Shown here piece after piece: positions 39,159-48,185 of a stretch of DNA of 64,000 nucleotides; within the stretch, counting starts at the first letter, position 1, and the number at the start of each line of letters is the position of its first letter. The notes beneath the pieces are model-generated. The model saw only the letters and a list, made by a program, of their open reading frames with translations. It searched no databases and was not told where the DNA came from. The stretch is from Trueperaceae bacterium (lineage in GTDB: Bacteria; Deinococcota; Deinococci; Deinococcales; Trueperaceae). Location: assembly GCA_965215565.1 (NCBI GenBank), contig CBDCDZ010000004.1, forward strand, positions 3,840,001 to 3,904,000, given 5' to 3'. The position numbers and the translations under genes were made by a program.

Positions 39159-40508
39159 ATGAAACGTCGATGGCTCATGCTCACGCTCGCAGTGCTGAGT
39201 ATCTCGGTGCTCGTGAGCGCTCAGTTTTCCCGCGACTTCTCCGAGGACTTTTTGGAAAACTCGGCGGGGCGCGCCTTTTTACAGACTTACGGCGCGCTCA
39301 AGTCGAACTACCTCAATGACGTTGAGGACGAAGCGCTCATTCAGGGTGCAATCGAGGGGATGTTGGAGTCCTTAGAGGACCCCTACACGAGCTACGCCAC
39401 GCCTGACCAGGCTGCTAGAGAGGTGCAAGACCGCAGCGGCTCGTTTGAGGGCATCGGCGCAGTGCTCCAGCCGCGCAACCGCGCGGACAACACCGTCGTC
39501 GAGATCGTGAACGTCTACCGGGGCGGTCCCGCTTCGCAAGCGGGCGTGTTGCGCGGTGACGTGTTCGTGAGCGTGGACGGCACCAACGTCGAGGACTTCA
39601 CCACGGACGAAATCGTCGACTTAGTGCGCGGACCCGCCGGTACGGAGGTCAACATCGGCTTCCGCCGCGCCGGGGAAGAGGAGCCTGTCGTGCTCAGTAT
39701 GACGCGGGGCAAGATCGACATCATCAGCGTCGAGTCCACCGTCTTGCCGAACAACGTCGGCTACGTCAGCATCAGCACCTTCGCCAACCAGCGCGTGTAC
39801 GAACAGCTCGCTGAACAGCTCGACGCGCTCAGGACGCAGGGCGTCACCTCCTTGGTGCTCGACTTGCGCAACAACGGCGGCGGTCTTTTAGACCAGGGCA
39901 TCCGCGTCGCAGACGAGTTTCTTTCCGACGGCGACATCGTCTACCAGCGCGCGCGCGGCGTTACGCAGCGCCTCGCCACGGCCGACCCCGAGTTCTTCGA
40001 CTTGCCGATGGTGGTCCTGGTCAACGGCAACTCCGCCTCCGCCTCGGAGATCGTCGCGGGCGCACTTCAGGACAACGGGCGCGCGCAGGTCATCGGCGAG
40101 GAGACCTTCGGCAAGGGCGTCGGGCAGAGCGTCGTCTCGCTGACCGACGGCGGACAGCTCGTCTACAAGTCCTTCGAGTGGCTTACGCCCGACAGACGCT
40201 CCATCGATCAGCAGGGCATCGTTCCCGACATCAAGGTTGAAGACACGCTCATCCCGAACGTCATCACCTTGGAGGGTCAGGGCGCGGAGCCCGGACAAGA
40301 GGTTGAAATCTCGATAGGCGGCGAGGTCATCGGCTCCGCCCAAGCGGACGAGGACGGCGCGTTCACCTTTTTCCAGCCCGTCGAGCGCCCCGAAGCGAGC
40401 GACGTGCAGGGCGAAGCGCTCGTGAACCTAGAGGCGGACAACGCCCTGCAAGTCGCTTACGACACCGTGTTGAGCGTCGCAGCGCAAGCGCAGAGTACAG
40501 CTCAGTAG
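39159..40508 (+). CDS. ctpA: C-terminal processing peptidase (S41, PDZ)
   Basis: DPYT.Y, FEGIG, LDLRNNGGG, SASASEI, TFGKG; GGAGG RBS. Confidence 0.92.
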   Translation: MKRRWLMLTLAVLSISVLVSAQFSRDFSEDFLENSAGRAFLQTYGALKSNYLNDVEDEALIQGAIEGMLESLEDPYTSYATPDQAAREVQDRSGSFEGIGAVLQPRNRADNTVVEIVNVYRGGPASQAGVLRGDVFVSVDGTNVEDFTTDEIVDLVRGPAGTEVNIGFRRAGEEEPVVLSMTRGKIDIISVESTVLPNNVGYVSISTFANQRVYEQLAEQLDALRTQGVTSLVLDLRNNGGGLLDQGIRVADEFLSDGDIVYQRARGVTQRLATADPEFFDLPMVVLVNGNSASASEIVAGALQDNGRAQVIGEETFGKGVGQSVVSLTDGGQLVYKSFEWLTPDRRSIDQQGIVPDIKVEDTLIPNVITLEGQGAEPGQEVEISIGGEVIGSAQADEDGAFTFFQPVERPEASDVQGEALVNLEADNALQVAYDTVLSVAAQAQSTAQ

Positions 40509-40536
40509 AAATCGGTAAACGAGACACGTAGTTAGA

Positions 40537-40573
40537 GAGGAAGGGCAGGCCCTAGCCTGCCCTTCCTCCTTTT
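40537..40573 (+). terminator. Intrinsic terminator after ctpA
   Basis: GAGGAAGGGCAGGC-CCTA-GCCTGCCCTTCCTC-CTTTT. Confidence 0.85.
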
Positions 40574-40637
40574 GATTGAGATAGTGGGTTGCCTCGAGAA
40601 TAAGTCAGAGGGTAACTCTATCTGGAGTGACGCCGAG

Positions 40638-40668
40638 GTCAAAGCAAGGGGCTTCAACCCCTTGTTCA
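40638..40668. repeat. REP-like palindrome, family C copy 3 (inverted)
   Basis: GTCAAAGCAAGGGGCTTCAACCCCTTGTTCA; flanks also align with copy 2. Confidence 0.85.
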
Positions 40669-40718
40669 GTACGTTGAGATAAGGGGCACAAAGCAGCATC
40701 TGACTTAGCACTATCCAC

Positions 40719-40829
40719 TAGCAGTTCCACAACATACTGAGACAGTTGAGCGCGGATATCATCCCTTAAAGTGCGTGCTAGACCTCGTTTTACAAAGTGC
40801 GAGTGTCTCTGACCAGATGATACCTGCTA
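40719..40829 (-). mobile_element. Dispersed repeat subfamily B, full 111-bp core
   Basis: TAGCAG/CTGCTA termini; aligns end to end with 60106-60219 and 2170-2301. Confidence 0.85.
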
Positions 40830-40921
40830 CACAACCTCTTACCGTCAAAACGGATACCGACTTAGGTAAACCTTTCTCCTTAGGATGCGATATAACGAGC
40901 TAAACCACAAAGGAGACGGAT

Positions 40922-41317
40922 ATGAACCTCTTTCGCACCCTCTTAATTTCCCTTACACTTCTCTTTACCGCCGCCGCGCAGGAGCCGCCACTTAATGGCA
41001 GCTTCGTGGGCGGGGACGACGCGCACCCGGCGGCGGGTAGCTTTCAAATCAGCGTGGACGAGACGGGCAGAACGCTCAGCTTCTCCGAGGATTTCAGCAC
41101 GCGGCGCGGTCCTGACCTCTTCGTGTGGCTGGTGCAAGGTGACGATACCGAAAACCGCTACGTGGTGCAGCGTCTGCAGAGCGCTAGGGGCGCGCAGACC
41201 TACGCCATCCCCGAGGAGGTTGAGCTTTCGGAGTATGACCGCGTATTGGTGTGGTGCCGCGCGTTCGGGGTGCTCTTCGCGACGGGCGAGTTCGGCGGTG
41301 ATGGTGCGGCTGAGTAG
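40922..41317 (+). CDS. DM13-domain secreted protein
   Basis: Signal peptide, GPDLFVWL, GAQTYAIP, VWCRAFGVLF. Confidence 0.88.
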   Translation: MNLFRTLLISLTLLFTAAAQEPPLNGSFVGGDDAHPAAGSFQISVDETGRTLSFSEDFSTRRGPDLFVWLVQGDDTENRYVVQRLQSARGAQTYAIPEEVELSEYDRVLVWCRAFGVLFATGEFGGDGAAE

Positions 41318-41321
41318 GGCC

Positions 41322-42278
41322 TCAGCCAACCTCCAAGCGCTCCCTCTTTTCAGCGGGCGCATCCGCCTCTTTGAAGCCCTTTTCCACCGCGTACGCCTCG
41401 GGCACGACGAGCCGCGCCCCACCCGGCACGACGTGAGCGCTGAAAGGTGTTTCGCCCAGGGTCTCCCCGTCGAGCTGTACCTCTAGAGGCGGCGTCGCCG
41501 AGACGCGCACCTTCTCGGCGGAGAAGGTCTGCAAATCGCGGTAGTTCTCGAAGTTGCCCGTGATGAGGCGGAACACGAGGCGCAGGATGCCGCCCAGCGT
41601 GTTCGGCACGACGATGGCGAGGTCAAGTTTGCCGTCGTGCGGGTTGCTGTTGCCCATCTTGATGTTCGTATCCGCAATCTCACCGACGTTGATGAGCATG
41701 ACGGTGTGCGCCCGGAAGTGGTGCTCTTGTCCGTCCACCTCGAGCGTCACGTCCGAGCGGCTCAGCGTGAAGAGGTGTTTGACGCCCGAGACGATGTACG
41801 CCAAGAAGCCCAGTCGGTTCTTGATCTCGCGGGGCGCGTCCTCGATCATGCGCGCGTCCCAGCCTGCCCCCGCGACGATGGCGAAGTAGCGCTCGCGCTC
41901 GGGCAAGTAACCGACGTCGAGCGGTACGGACACGCCGTTTAAGGCAAGCTCGAGCGCCTTGTCTATGTCTACCGGAATACCTAATGCCCGCGCCAACAAG
42001 TTCGCTGTGCCCCCCGGAAGCTGCGCTAAAGGGATGTCGCGCTCGTTCTCGATAAGCCCACTCATCGTCTCCATCACCGTGCCGTCGCCGCCCGAGACGA
42101 TGACGAGGTCCGCTCGGGCAGCTTTCGCCCACTCCAAAGCGTCGCCCTCCCCCTGCGTTTCGCGGACTTCGTAAGTGACACCCTCCGCCTGGAGTTTAGC
42201 CTCAACCTTCTCTCTAAGCTTTGCCTGATCGCCCTGTCCTGAAACTGGGTTGATGATGACTAAAACGTTGTCTTTCAT
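41322..42278 (-). CDS. Diacylglycerol kinase family lipid kinase
   Basis: INPVSG, GGDGT, PGGTANLLA, QLDGE. Confidence 0.92.
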   Translation of the reverse strand: MKDNVLVIINPVSGQGDQAKLREKVEAKLQAEGVTYEVRETQGEGDALEWAKAARADLVIVSGGDGTVMETMSGLIENERDIPLAQLPGGTANLLARALGIPVDIDKALELALNGVSVPLDVGYLPERERYFAIVAGAGWDARMIEDAPREIKNRLGFLAYIVSGVKHLFTLSRSDVTLEVDGQEHHFRAHTVMLINVGEIADTNIKMGNSNPHDGKLDLAIVVPNTLGGILRLVFRLITGNFENYRDLQTFSAEKVRVSATPPLEVQLDGETLGETPFSAHVVPGGARLVVPEAYAVEKGFKEADAPAEKRERLEVG

Positions 42279-42406
42279 ACGTCTCGACTCTCTTATTCGC
42301 GCTGAACCCTAAAGTACCCCCAAGGTACTAGGTGTGGTGCTGCTTGGGTCTGAGTCTACAACGCTATATCCAACTGCGTGCGGGAATGAGCGCTCACTCT
42401 GCCAAA

Positions 42407-42668
42407 TATAGCAAGTATTATTTAGTTTGAGTGTACGTAAGTTTTGCGAAGAGACGCTCTCACGATGTAGAACACCGTTGCCTAATGGCAAACTACGTCA
42501 TTCGCTTTGCGAAAACTTCGTCCCTACGGGCTTTCAGAAATTAGCACGCACATTTGAGAGTGAAATCCCGCTCTCAGGCAAAGCCGTCCCGCTAGGCTTT
42601 GCCTGAGAGCGGGATGGCTGCGGCTGAGACTTGCGCTATTCCAATCAGTACTTATGTTGTTTGCTATA
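42407..42668 (+). mobile_element. Dispersed repeat subfamily A, most expanded copy (262 bp)
   Basis: TATAGCAA...TTGCTATA; contains a perfect 21-bp inverted repeat at 42565-42615. Confidence 0.88.
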
Positions 42669-42820
42669 CATTTTCTCGGTGTTAGATACTGCGGCTGGTG
42701 CTAGATAAAAGAAGAGGTTGGGAGAAGCTCGACTACCTCTTGGTCGTGCTTGAGAAGGGCATAGATATTGACGCTAAAAGTGCGCGCTAGAGGGTTGCTT
42801 CTTTGACTAGGCGCACCTGC

Positions 42821-42862
42821 ATGTAGATGATACCTACTGTCATGTAGATGATACCTGCTATA
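42821..42862 (-). repeat. Tandem terminal fragments of the dispersed repeat, just 3' of tRNA-Leu
   Basis: Minus strand: TATAGCAGGTATCATCTACATGACAG-TAGGTATCATCTACAT. Confidence 0.65.
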
Positions 42863-42866
42863 GCAA

Positions 42867-42948
42867 TGCGAGGAATGGGACTTGAACCCACACACCTTGC
42901 GGTACTAGATCCTAAATCTAGCGCGTCTACCAATTCCGCCATCCTCGC
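42867..42948 (-). tRNA. tRNA-Leu (anticodon TAG); CCA not encoded
   Basis: GCGAGGATGGCGGAATTGGTAGACGCGCTAGATTTAGGATCTAG...GGTTCAAGTCCCATTCCTCGCA; long variable arm. Confidence 0.97.
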
Positions 42949-43038
42949 GAGAAAACCGTTTGAAAGCCTCGAGCACACTACCCGGCTGAACTAGTTAAGC
43001 TGGGCGCGGTTGAGATTTACTGGGAGCGCCTCGAGAAA

Positions 43039-43294
43039 GGTATCACCCGGTGAACGGGATGATACCCCCTGCTCAAGGCTGTTCCCCAAAGGAGGTATCA
43101 CTGAATGAGCTAGATAAAATTCAGCTACCTCCGGTGAGACCTGCTGAGGGCTCTCATACCCGTAACGGCATGATACGCAGTCGCGTGGACCCTAGAACGG
43201 GCAAAGCCCGCCCCGTTGGGGCTAGTTCGCTCCCGCTAGCTGCTGAGGGCTCTCTCATACCTTTAACGGCATGATACGCCCCGCTGAGGGCTCT
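43039..43294. repeat. Hairpin array punctuated by CYGCTGAGGGCT, 3' of tRNA-His
   Basis: Motif at 43069 (degenerate), 43141, 43240 and 43281; 38-40 bp duplication at 43141-43178 / 43240-43279. Confidence 0.75.
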
Positions 43295-43298
43295 TCAG

Positions 43299-43373
43299 GG
43301 TGAGTGATGGGTCTTGAACCCACGACCTCCGGAACCACAATCCGGCGCTCTAACCAACTGAGCTACACCCACC
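43299..43373 (-). tRNA. tRNA-His (anticodon GTG) with G-1; CCA not encoded
   Basis: GGTGGGTGTAGCTCAGTTGGTTAGAGCGCCGGATTGTGGTTCCGG...GGTTCAAGACCCATCACTCACC. Confidence 0.97.
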
Positions 43374-43528
43374 ATGCACCTCATACTACCAAGCTAAGCC
43401 TCTTTCGTACCCCTTTTACGCTACACCTCTGGTGCGTTACAAGAACGCATTACGCTCAAAGCGCACCGCCAAGTTTACTCAACAAGGCTGCGCGCTGTCA
43501 AGCTCGAGAGGCGGACAAGACTGACGTG

Positions 43529-44377
43529 CTAGCCGCCCTTATGACCTCTTCGCATCGCCGCCGCGTCGAAGGTGTTTTGCATGAGCATCGCCACCGTCAT
43601 CGGTCCCGTGCCGCCCGGCATCGGCGTGAGGTAGCCCGCTACCTCGGCGACACCGGGATGAACGTCACCTTTGAGCTTGCCGTCCACGCGGGTGATGCCT
43701 ACGTCTAAGACGACTGCACCAGGCTTGACCATCTCCGGGGTGACGAGGGCTTGGCGTCCGACGGCGGCGACGATGATGTCGGCTTGTTTAACTAAACCGG
43801 GGAGGTCTTTAGTTCTCGAGTGCGCCAGGCTCACCGTCGCGTTGCGCTGCAAAAAGAGTGCCGCGGCGGGCTTGCCCACCAAGTTCGAGCGTCCGATGAT
43901 GACCGCGTGCTTGCCCTCTATCGGCAACGCGTAGTGGTCCATGATGCGAATCATGCCCGCAGGCGTGCAAGGCACGAGCGCCTTTTGTCCGCTCCACAAA
44001 CGCCCCACGTTCACCGGGTGAAAACCGTCCACGTCTTTGGCAGGGTCAATCGCTTCTTGTACGGGTTTGATGTCGAGGTGTGAGGGCAAGGGGTCCTGGA
44101 CTAAGATACCGTCCACCTCGTCGTCCGCGTTGAGTTCGTCGATTAACGCCATGAGTTCATCCTGCTGTGTGTTTTCGGGTAAAACTTCGACTCTCGAGGA
44201 GAGACCCAGCCGCTTCGCCATGCGGTCTTTGCCGCGCACGTACGAGACACTCGCCGGGTCTTCGCCGACGCGCACCACCACGAGTTGCGGCTGATACGGC
44301 AGGGTTTGCAGCGTTTCTTTGAGAGATTCCGTCACGCTACCGGACACTTCGCGCCCGTCGAGTAGGGTTGCTGACAT
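43529..44377 (-). CDS. folD: Methylenetetrahydrofolate dehydrogenase/cyclohydrolase
   Basis: KDVDGFHP.N, PCTP.G, GRSNLVGKP, PMPGGTGPMT; AAGGAG RBS (alternative leaderless start 44401). Confidence 0.96.
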   Translation of the reverse strand: MSATLLDGREVSGSVTESLKETLQTLPYQPQLVVVRVGEDPASVSYVRGKDRMAKRLGLSSRVEVLPENTQQDELMALIDELNADDEVDGILVQDPLPSHLDIKPVQEAIDPAKDVDGFHPVNVGRLWSGQKALVPCTPAGMIRIMDHYALPIEGKHAVIIGRSNLVGKPAAALFLQRNATVSLAHSRTKDLPGLVKQADIIVAAVGRQALVTPEMVKPGAVVLDVGITRVDGKLKGDVHPGVAEVAGYLTPMPGGTGPMTVAMLMQNTFDAAAMRRGHKGG

Positions 44378-44537
44378 ACGTGCTCCTTTGATCGCTTCCA
44401 TACGCCTAGTTTAGCCCAGCGCGTTGCGGTGTTCCCGCTAATTTTTACACTGAACCAAAGCGCAACCCTATATTTTTAATTGAAGTCGAGTTTGGGGATG
44501 TTTAGCCCCCGAGCTGAGCCAACAGCTAACGGTTCCT

Positions 44538-44990
44538 CTACGTCGTGACTTCCAGCTGCCGGTAAAGCTTCGCCAGCACCCCGTTCACAAACCGCCCCGA
44601 CTCTTCACCGCCGAAACGCTTGGCAATGCGCACCGCCACCTCGATCGTGACCTCTCTGGGGATGTCACGCTCGTACAAAAATTCGGTCAGAGCGAGGCGC
44701 AAGACGGTGAGGTCGGTCTGCGCCATCTGGGTGAAGGTCCAGCCCTCGAGCGTCTCCTCTAGCTGCGTGTCAACCACTTCACGGTGCGCATCAAAATTCT
44801 TTAACAAGCGTTCGGCAAAGAGGATGCCCTCTGCGTCCAACACGTCGCCGTACGCTTCTTCGGCGTCCTCTACCTCTTGTCCTGAGAGGTCTTCGCGAAC
44901 GTCCGCCCAGACCTCTAGGAGCGGTTCGTCGCCGCGCTCAGCCTGGAAGAGCGTGCGGAAGGCGAGTTCGCGTGCTTTGCGCCTAGCCAC
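44538..44990 (-). CDS. nusB: Transcription antitermination factor NusB
   Basis: RRKARELAF..LF, D..VLRLA, SGRFVNGVL. Confidence 0.95.
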   Translation of the reverse strand: MARRKARELAFRTLFQAERGDEPLLEVWADVREDLSGQEVEDAEEAYGDVLDAEGILFAERLLKNFDAHREVVDTQLEETLEGWTFTQMAQTDLTVLRLALTEFLYERDIPREVTIEVAVRIAKRFGGEESGRFVNGVLAKLYRQLEVTT

Positions 44991-45441
44991 GCGCACCCTC
45001 TTCGGGCAAGTCGATGGCTTCAACCGTAACGTCCACCGAAGTGACGTTGAGCCCCGTCATCGACGCGACTGACTCACGCACCGCGCGCTGCGCCATCTTC
45101 GCAACTTTAGGAACCTCTAGGCCGTACGTCACGCGCACGTTTAGGGACACGCGCACGGCTTCGTTTAAGCGCTCGATGCGGATGCCTTTGGCGCGGCGTC
45201 CCGTCAAGATTTCGCCCATGCGTACGGGCGGCGCGGCTGGGGTGAGCCCGTCCACTTGCTCTAAAGCGAGTTGCGCGATGCCGTAGAGGACATCTTGAGA
45301 GATGTCTAGGTCCTCTCTGGCTCGGCTCGAGTCTCGGTTAGCGAGAGGCTGCGTGTTGGCGTTTTGCCGAGCGGCGTTTTGACCTGTAGTTTCTGCCACG
45401 TTTTCTGCCTCGTTCGTTTCTCTGTTATCGGTTTCCCTCAC
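44983..45441 (-). CDS. Asp23/Gls24 family (YqhY-like)
   Basis: ISQDVL..IA, KGIRI, YG..VP, MTGLNV..VDVTV; located between accC and nusB. Confidence 0.88.
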   Translation of the reverse strand: MRETDNRETNEAENVAETTGQNAARQNANTQPLANRDSSRAREDLDISQDVLYGIAQLALEQVDGLTPAAPPVRMGEILTGRRAKGIRIERLNEAVRVSLNVRVTYGLEVPKVAKMAQRAVRESVASMTGLNVTSVDVTVEAIDLPEEGARG

Positions 45442-46771
45442 TCATCCTCCTCGGAATAAAGTTAGTGTATATCGCGCCGCGCCGGTAGAAGGCATTGTCG
45501 AGCACCTTGAGGTGAAAGGGAATGGTGGTTTTGATGCCGTCCAAGACGGTCTCTTGCAGGGCGCGTTTCATGCGGGCGATGGCCTCTTCGCGGCTCGGAG
45601 CCCAAGCGATAATTTTAGCGACCAAGGAGTCGTAGTTCGGCGGGATGCGGTAACCTGCGTACACGTGCGAGTCCACGCGGATGCCGGGACCGCCAGGCCA
45701 ATGTAAATCGGTAATCGTCCCCGCCGAGGGGCGGAAGTCGTGGTCGGGGTCTTCGGCGTTGATGCGCACTTCAATCGCGTGACCCTCGACGCGCACGTCC
45801 TCTTGTCGAAGCGATAGACCTTGACCCGCCGCCACACGGAACTGCTCTTGGACCAAGTCGAAGCGCGTGATCATCTCCGTGGCGGGGTGTTCGACTTGGA
45901 TGCGGGTGTTCATCTCGGAGAAGTAGAAGTTGCCGCTTCTATCCACCAAAAATTCGCAGGTGCCCGCACCCCGGTAGTTGATGTGCTGCGCCAAACGCAC
46001 GGCGGCGGCGGCGATCTCGAGCCTTAAATCTTCCGCTAAGGTGCTCGGCGCTTCCTCCAACACCTTTTGATAGCGCCGCTGAATCGAACAGTCGCGGTCA
46101 AAGAAGTGAATCACGTTCCCCTCGCCGTCGCCGAAGACCTGAATCTCGACGTGGCGCGGCTCCTCTAAATACTTCTCCATGTACATTTCGGGATTGCCGA
46201 AGGCGGCTTTCGCTTCCTCTTGCGCGTTGGAGAGTTGTCGCCCCAACTCGTCTGGGTGCTGCACGATGCGCATCCCGCGCCCACCGCCGCCCGCTGAGGC
46301 TTTGAGGATGACCGGGTAGTCGATCTCTTCAGCGAATTTGCGCGCCGCTTCTAAATCCTCCAACGCGCCTGAGCCCGGCGTTACGGGCACGCCTGACTCC
46401 TGCGCCAACGCGCGCGCGCTCGCCTTGTCGCCGATTCTGCGGATGCTCTCCGGGCGCGGTCCGATAAAGGTGATGTTGTGTTCCTCGCACTTCTGGGCGA
46501 ACTCCGCGTTTTCAGACAGGAAGCCGTAGCCCGGATGAATCGCCTCCGCCCCTGCGACGAGCGCCGCCGAGAGCAGGTTGCGCACGTTGAGGTACGAGCC
46601 GGACGACGCCGCAGGTCCGATGCAGATGGACTCGTCCGCCAAGAGGACAGGCAGCGAGTTCTCGTCCACCGTCGAATACGCCATGACCGTCGTAACGCCG
46701 AGTTCGCGGGCGGCGCGGAGCACCCGCAGGGCGATTTCGCCCCGGTTGGCGATGAGGATTTTCTTAAACAT
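45425..46771 (-). CDS. accC: Acetyl-CoA carboxylase biotin carboxylase
   Basis: ILIANRGEIA, HPGYGFLSEN, GGGGRGM, EMNTRIQVEHP. Confidence 0.97.
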   Translation of the reverse strand: MFKKILIANRGEIALRVLRAARELGVTTVMAYSTVDENSLPVLLADESICIGPAASSGSYLNVRNLLSAALVAGAEAIHPGYGFLSENAEFAQKCEEHNITFIGPRPESIRRIGDKASARALAQESGVPVTPGSGALEDLEAARKFAEEIDYPVILKASAGGGGRGMRIVQHPDELGRQLSNAQEEAKAAFGNPEMYMEKYLEEPRHVEIQVFGDGEGNVIHFFDRDCSIQRRYQKVLEEAPSTLAEDLRLEIAAAAVRLAQHINYRGAGTCEFLVDRSGNFYFSEMNTRIQVEHPATEMITRFDLVQEQFRVAAGQGLSLRQEDVRVEGHAIEVRINAEDPDHDFRPSAGTITDLHWPGGPGIRVDSHVYAGYRIPPNYDSLVAKIIAWAPSREEAIARMKRALQETVLDGIKTTIPFHLKVLDNAFYRRGAIYTNFIPRRMSEGNR

Positions 46772-46772
46772 A

Positions 46773-46848
46773 AGCAGGTATCATCTGGTCAGATACGCTC
46801 CCACTCGAGCAAGCACGCCTGAGCCCGCACATTATGAGATGATGCCTG
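46773..46848 (+). mobile_element. Dispersed repeat subfamily B, short copy between accB and accC
   Basis: AGCAGGTATCATCTGGTCAGATACGCTC...GCACATTATGAGATGATGCCTG. Confidence 0.75.
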
Positions 46849-46911
46849 TGAAGAAGCACAACGGGTGAAAGAAAGGTTCTACTTTTCCTCATGGATAGCG
46901 CTTTCACCTCA

Positions 46912-47427
46912 TCACCCCGGCTCAATTCGAAAGAGAACCTGCCCGTATTCCACCGGGTCTTCGTTATCAACGAGAATCTCCTTGACCGTCCCGGCGGTCT
47001 CCGCCTCGATTTCGTTCATCAGCTTCATCGCTTCGATGATGCAAAGAACCGCGCCCGCCTCGACTTTCGAGCCGACTTTGACGAAGTCGGGCGCGTCGGG
47101 CGAGGGACCCGCGTAAAAGGTGCCGACGATGGGCGCGGTGATTTCGTCTAGGTTGGATGGCGCTGCCCCTTGGGTGGGTTCGTCCGCTGCAGGAGCGCTC
47201 TGCGGTGCTTGGCTCGAGGTGTCTGGCTGAACAGGCTGCGTTTGGGGTTGCGCCTGTGCGCTTTGAGGTGCGGGAGCGCTCTGCGCGGGTCGTTGCGTAG
47301 GCTGAGCCATAACAACCTCGCCGCCACGCTTGACGCTGAGCTTGTAGTCGCCAGTCTCGAGTACCAGTTCCCCCACGTCCGCCTCTTTCACCGCCTCTAA
47401 AAGCCTCTTCAAATCTTTGACGTCCAT
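46912..47427 (-). CDS. accB: Biotin carboxyl carrier protein
   Basis: [28 protein letters not shown]. Confidence 0.97.
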   Translation of the reverse strand: MDVKDLKRLLEAVKEADVGELVLETGDYKLSVKRGGEVVMAQPTQRPAQSAPAPQSAQAQPQTQPVQPDTSSQAPQSAPAADEPTQGAAPSNLDEITAPIVGTFYAGPSPDAPDFVKVGSKVEAGAVLCIIEAMKLMNEIEAETAGTVKEILVDNEDPVEYGQVLFRIEPG

Positions 47428-47984
47428 CAGGCGCGCCCTAGATACTCGCCCGTGCGTGTGTCCACCCGGACGGTCTCGCCCTGATCGATAAAGAGCGGCA
47501 CGTTCACGGTTGCGCCCGTTTCTAGCACCGCCTGTTTTGAGCCGCCCGAGACCGTATCCCCTTTGACGCCGGGGTCCGTTTCCGTAATCGTCAGCTCGAC
47601 GATGTTGGGCAGCGTGACCTTGAGGGGCTTCTCCCGGAAATAGTCCACCGTCACCTCCATCGTCTCTTTGAGAAACTGCGCGTTGTCACCGAGCTGCTCT
47701 TTGGAAAGCGTGGGTTGCTCGTAGGTCTCTAAGTCCATAAAGGTGTACATGTCGCCGTCGGTGTAGAGGTACTGCATCTTGCGGTAGTCGATAAAGATGT
47801 CCTGGAGCTTTTCCGTGGCGTTAAAGGTCTTCTCGATAATGGAGCCCGTCTCCATGTTGCGGAATTTGGTGACGACTTTCGCGCCGCCGCGCCCCATTTT
47901 GAGGTGTTGGTAGTCCAAGCACTCCCAGAGTCCGCCGCTCATTTCAACTTTCGTGCCGTTTCGTAGGTCGGTTACGCTGATCAT
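47427..47984 (-). CDS. efp: Elongation factor P
   Basis: [29 protein letters not shown]. Confidence 0.97.
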   Translation of the reverse strand: MISVTDLRNGTKVEMSGGLWECLDYQHLKMGRGGAKVVTKFRNMETGSIIEKTFNATEKLQDIFIDYRKMQYLYTDGDMYTFMDLETYEQPTLSKEQLGDNAQFLKETMEVTVDYFREKPLKVTLPNIVELTITETDPGVKGDTVSGGSKQAVLETGATVNVPLFIDQGETVRVDTRTGEYLGRA

Positions 47985-47997
47985 GGTGCCTCCGCTT

Positions 47998-48074
47998 CAG
48001 GTATCATCTGGTTATCAATCCTCTCACCGTACAAAGTCATGATTTGGCACGCACATGATTGAGATGATTCCTGC
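47998..48074 (+). mobile_element. Dispersed repeat subfamily B, short divergent copy in the efp leader
   Basis: CAGGTATCATCTGGTT...GGCACGCACATGATTGAGATGATTCCTGC. Confidence 0.7.
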
Positions 48075-48185
48075 AATGTCTAAATTTGGTCGTGTTGATG
48101 CGCGCTTTACTCGCTTTTTATCCCGCACAGTGTAACACCGAAGCGGTAGAGGTGAGGAAATCGGGACAAGCCGCAGGGACACACC

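Noticed and set aside
43050..43274. 74-aa ORF between the tRNAs
   Set aside because: It is antisense to the tRNAs, is built from repeats and hairpins, and shows no protein features.
43039..43294. CRISPR array
   Set aside because: The shared motif is only about 12 bp, spacing is irregular (72, 99, 41), the intervening blocks are partly duplicated, and no cas genes are present.
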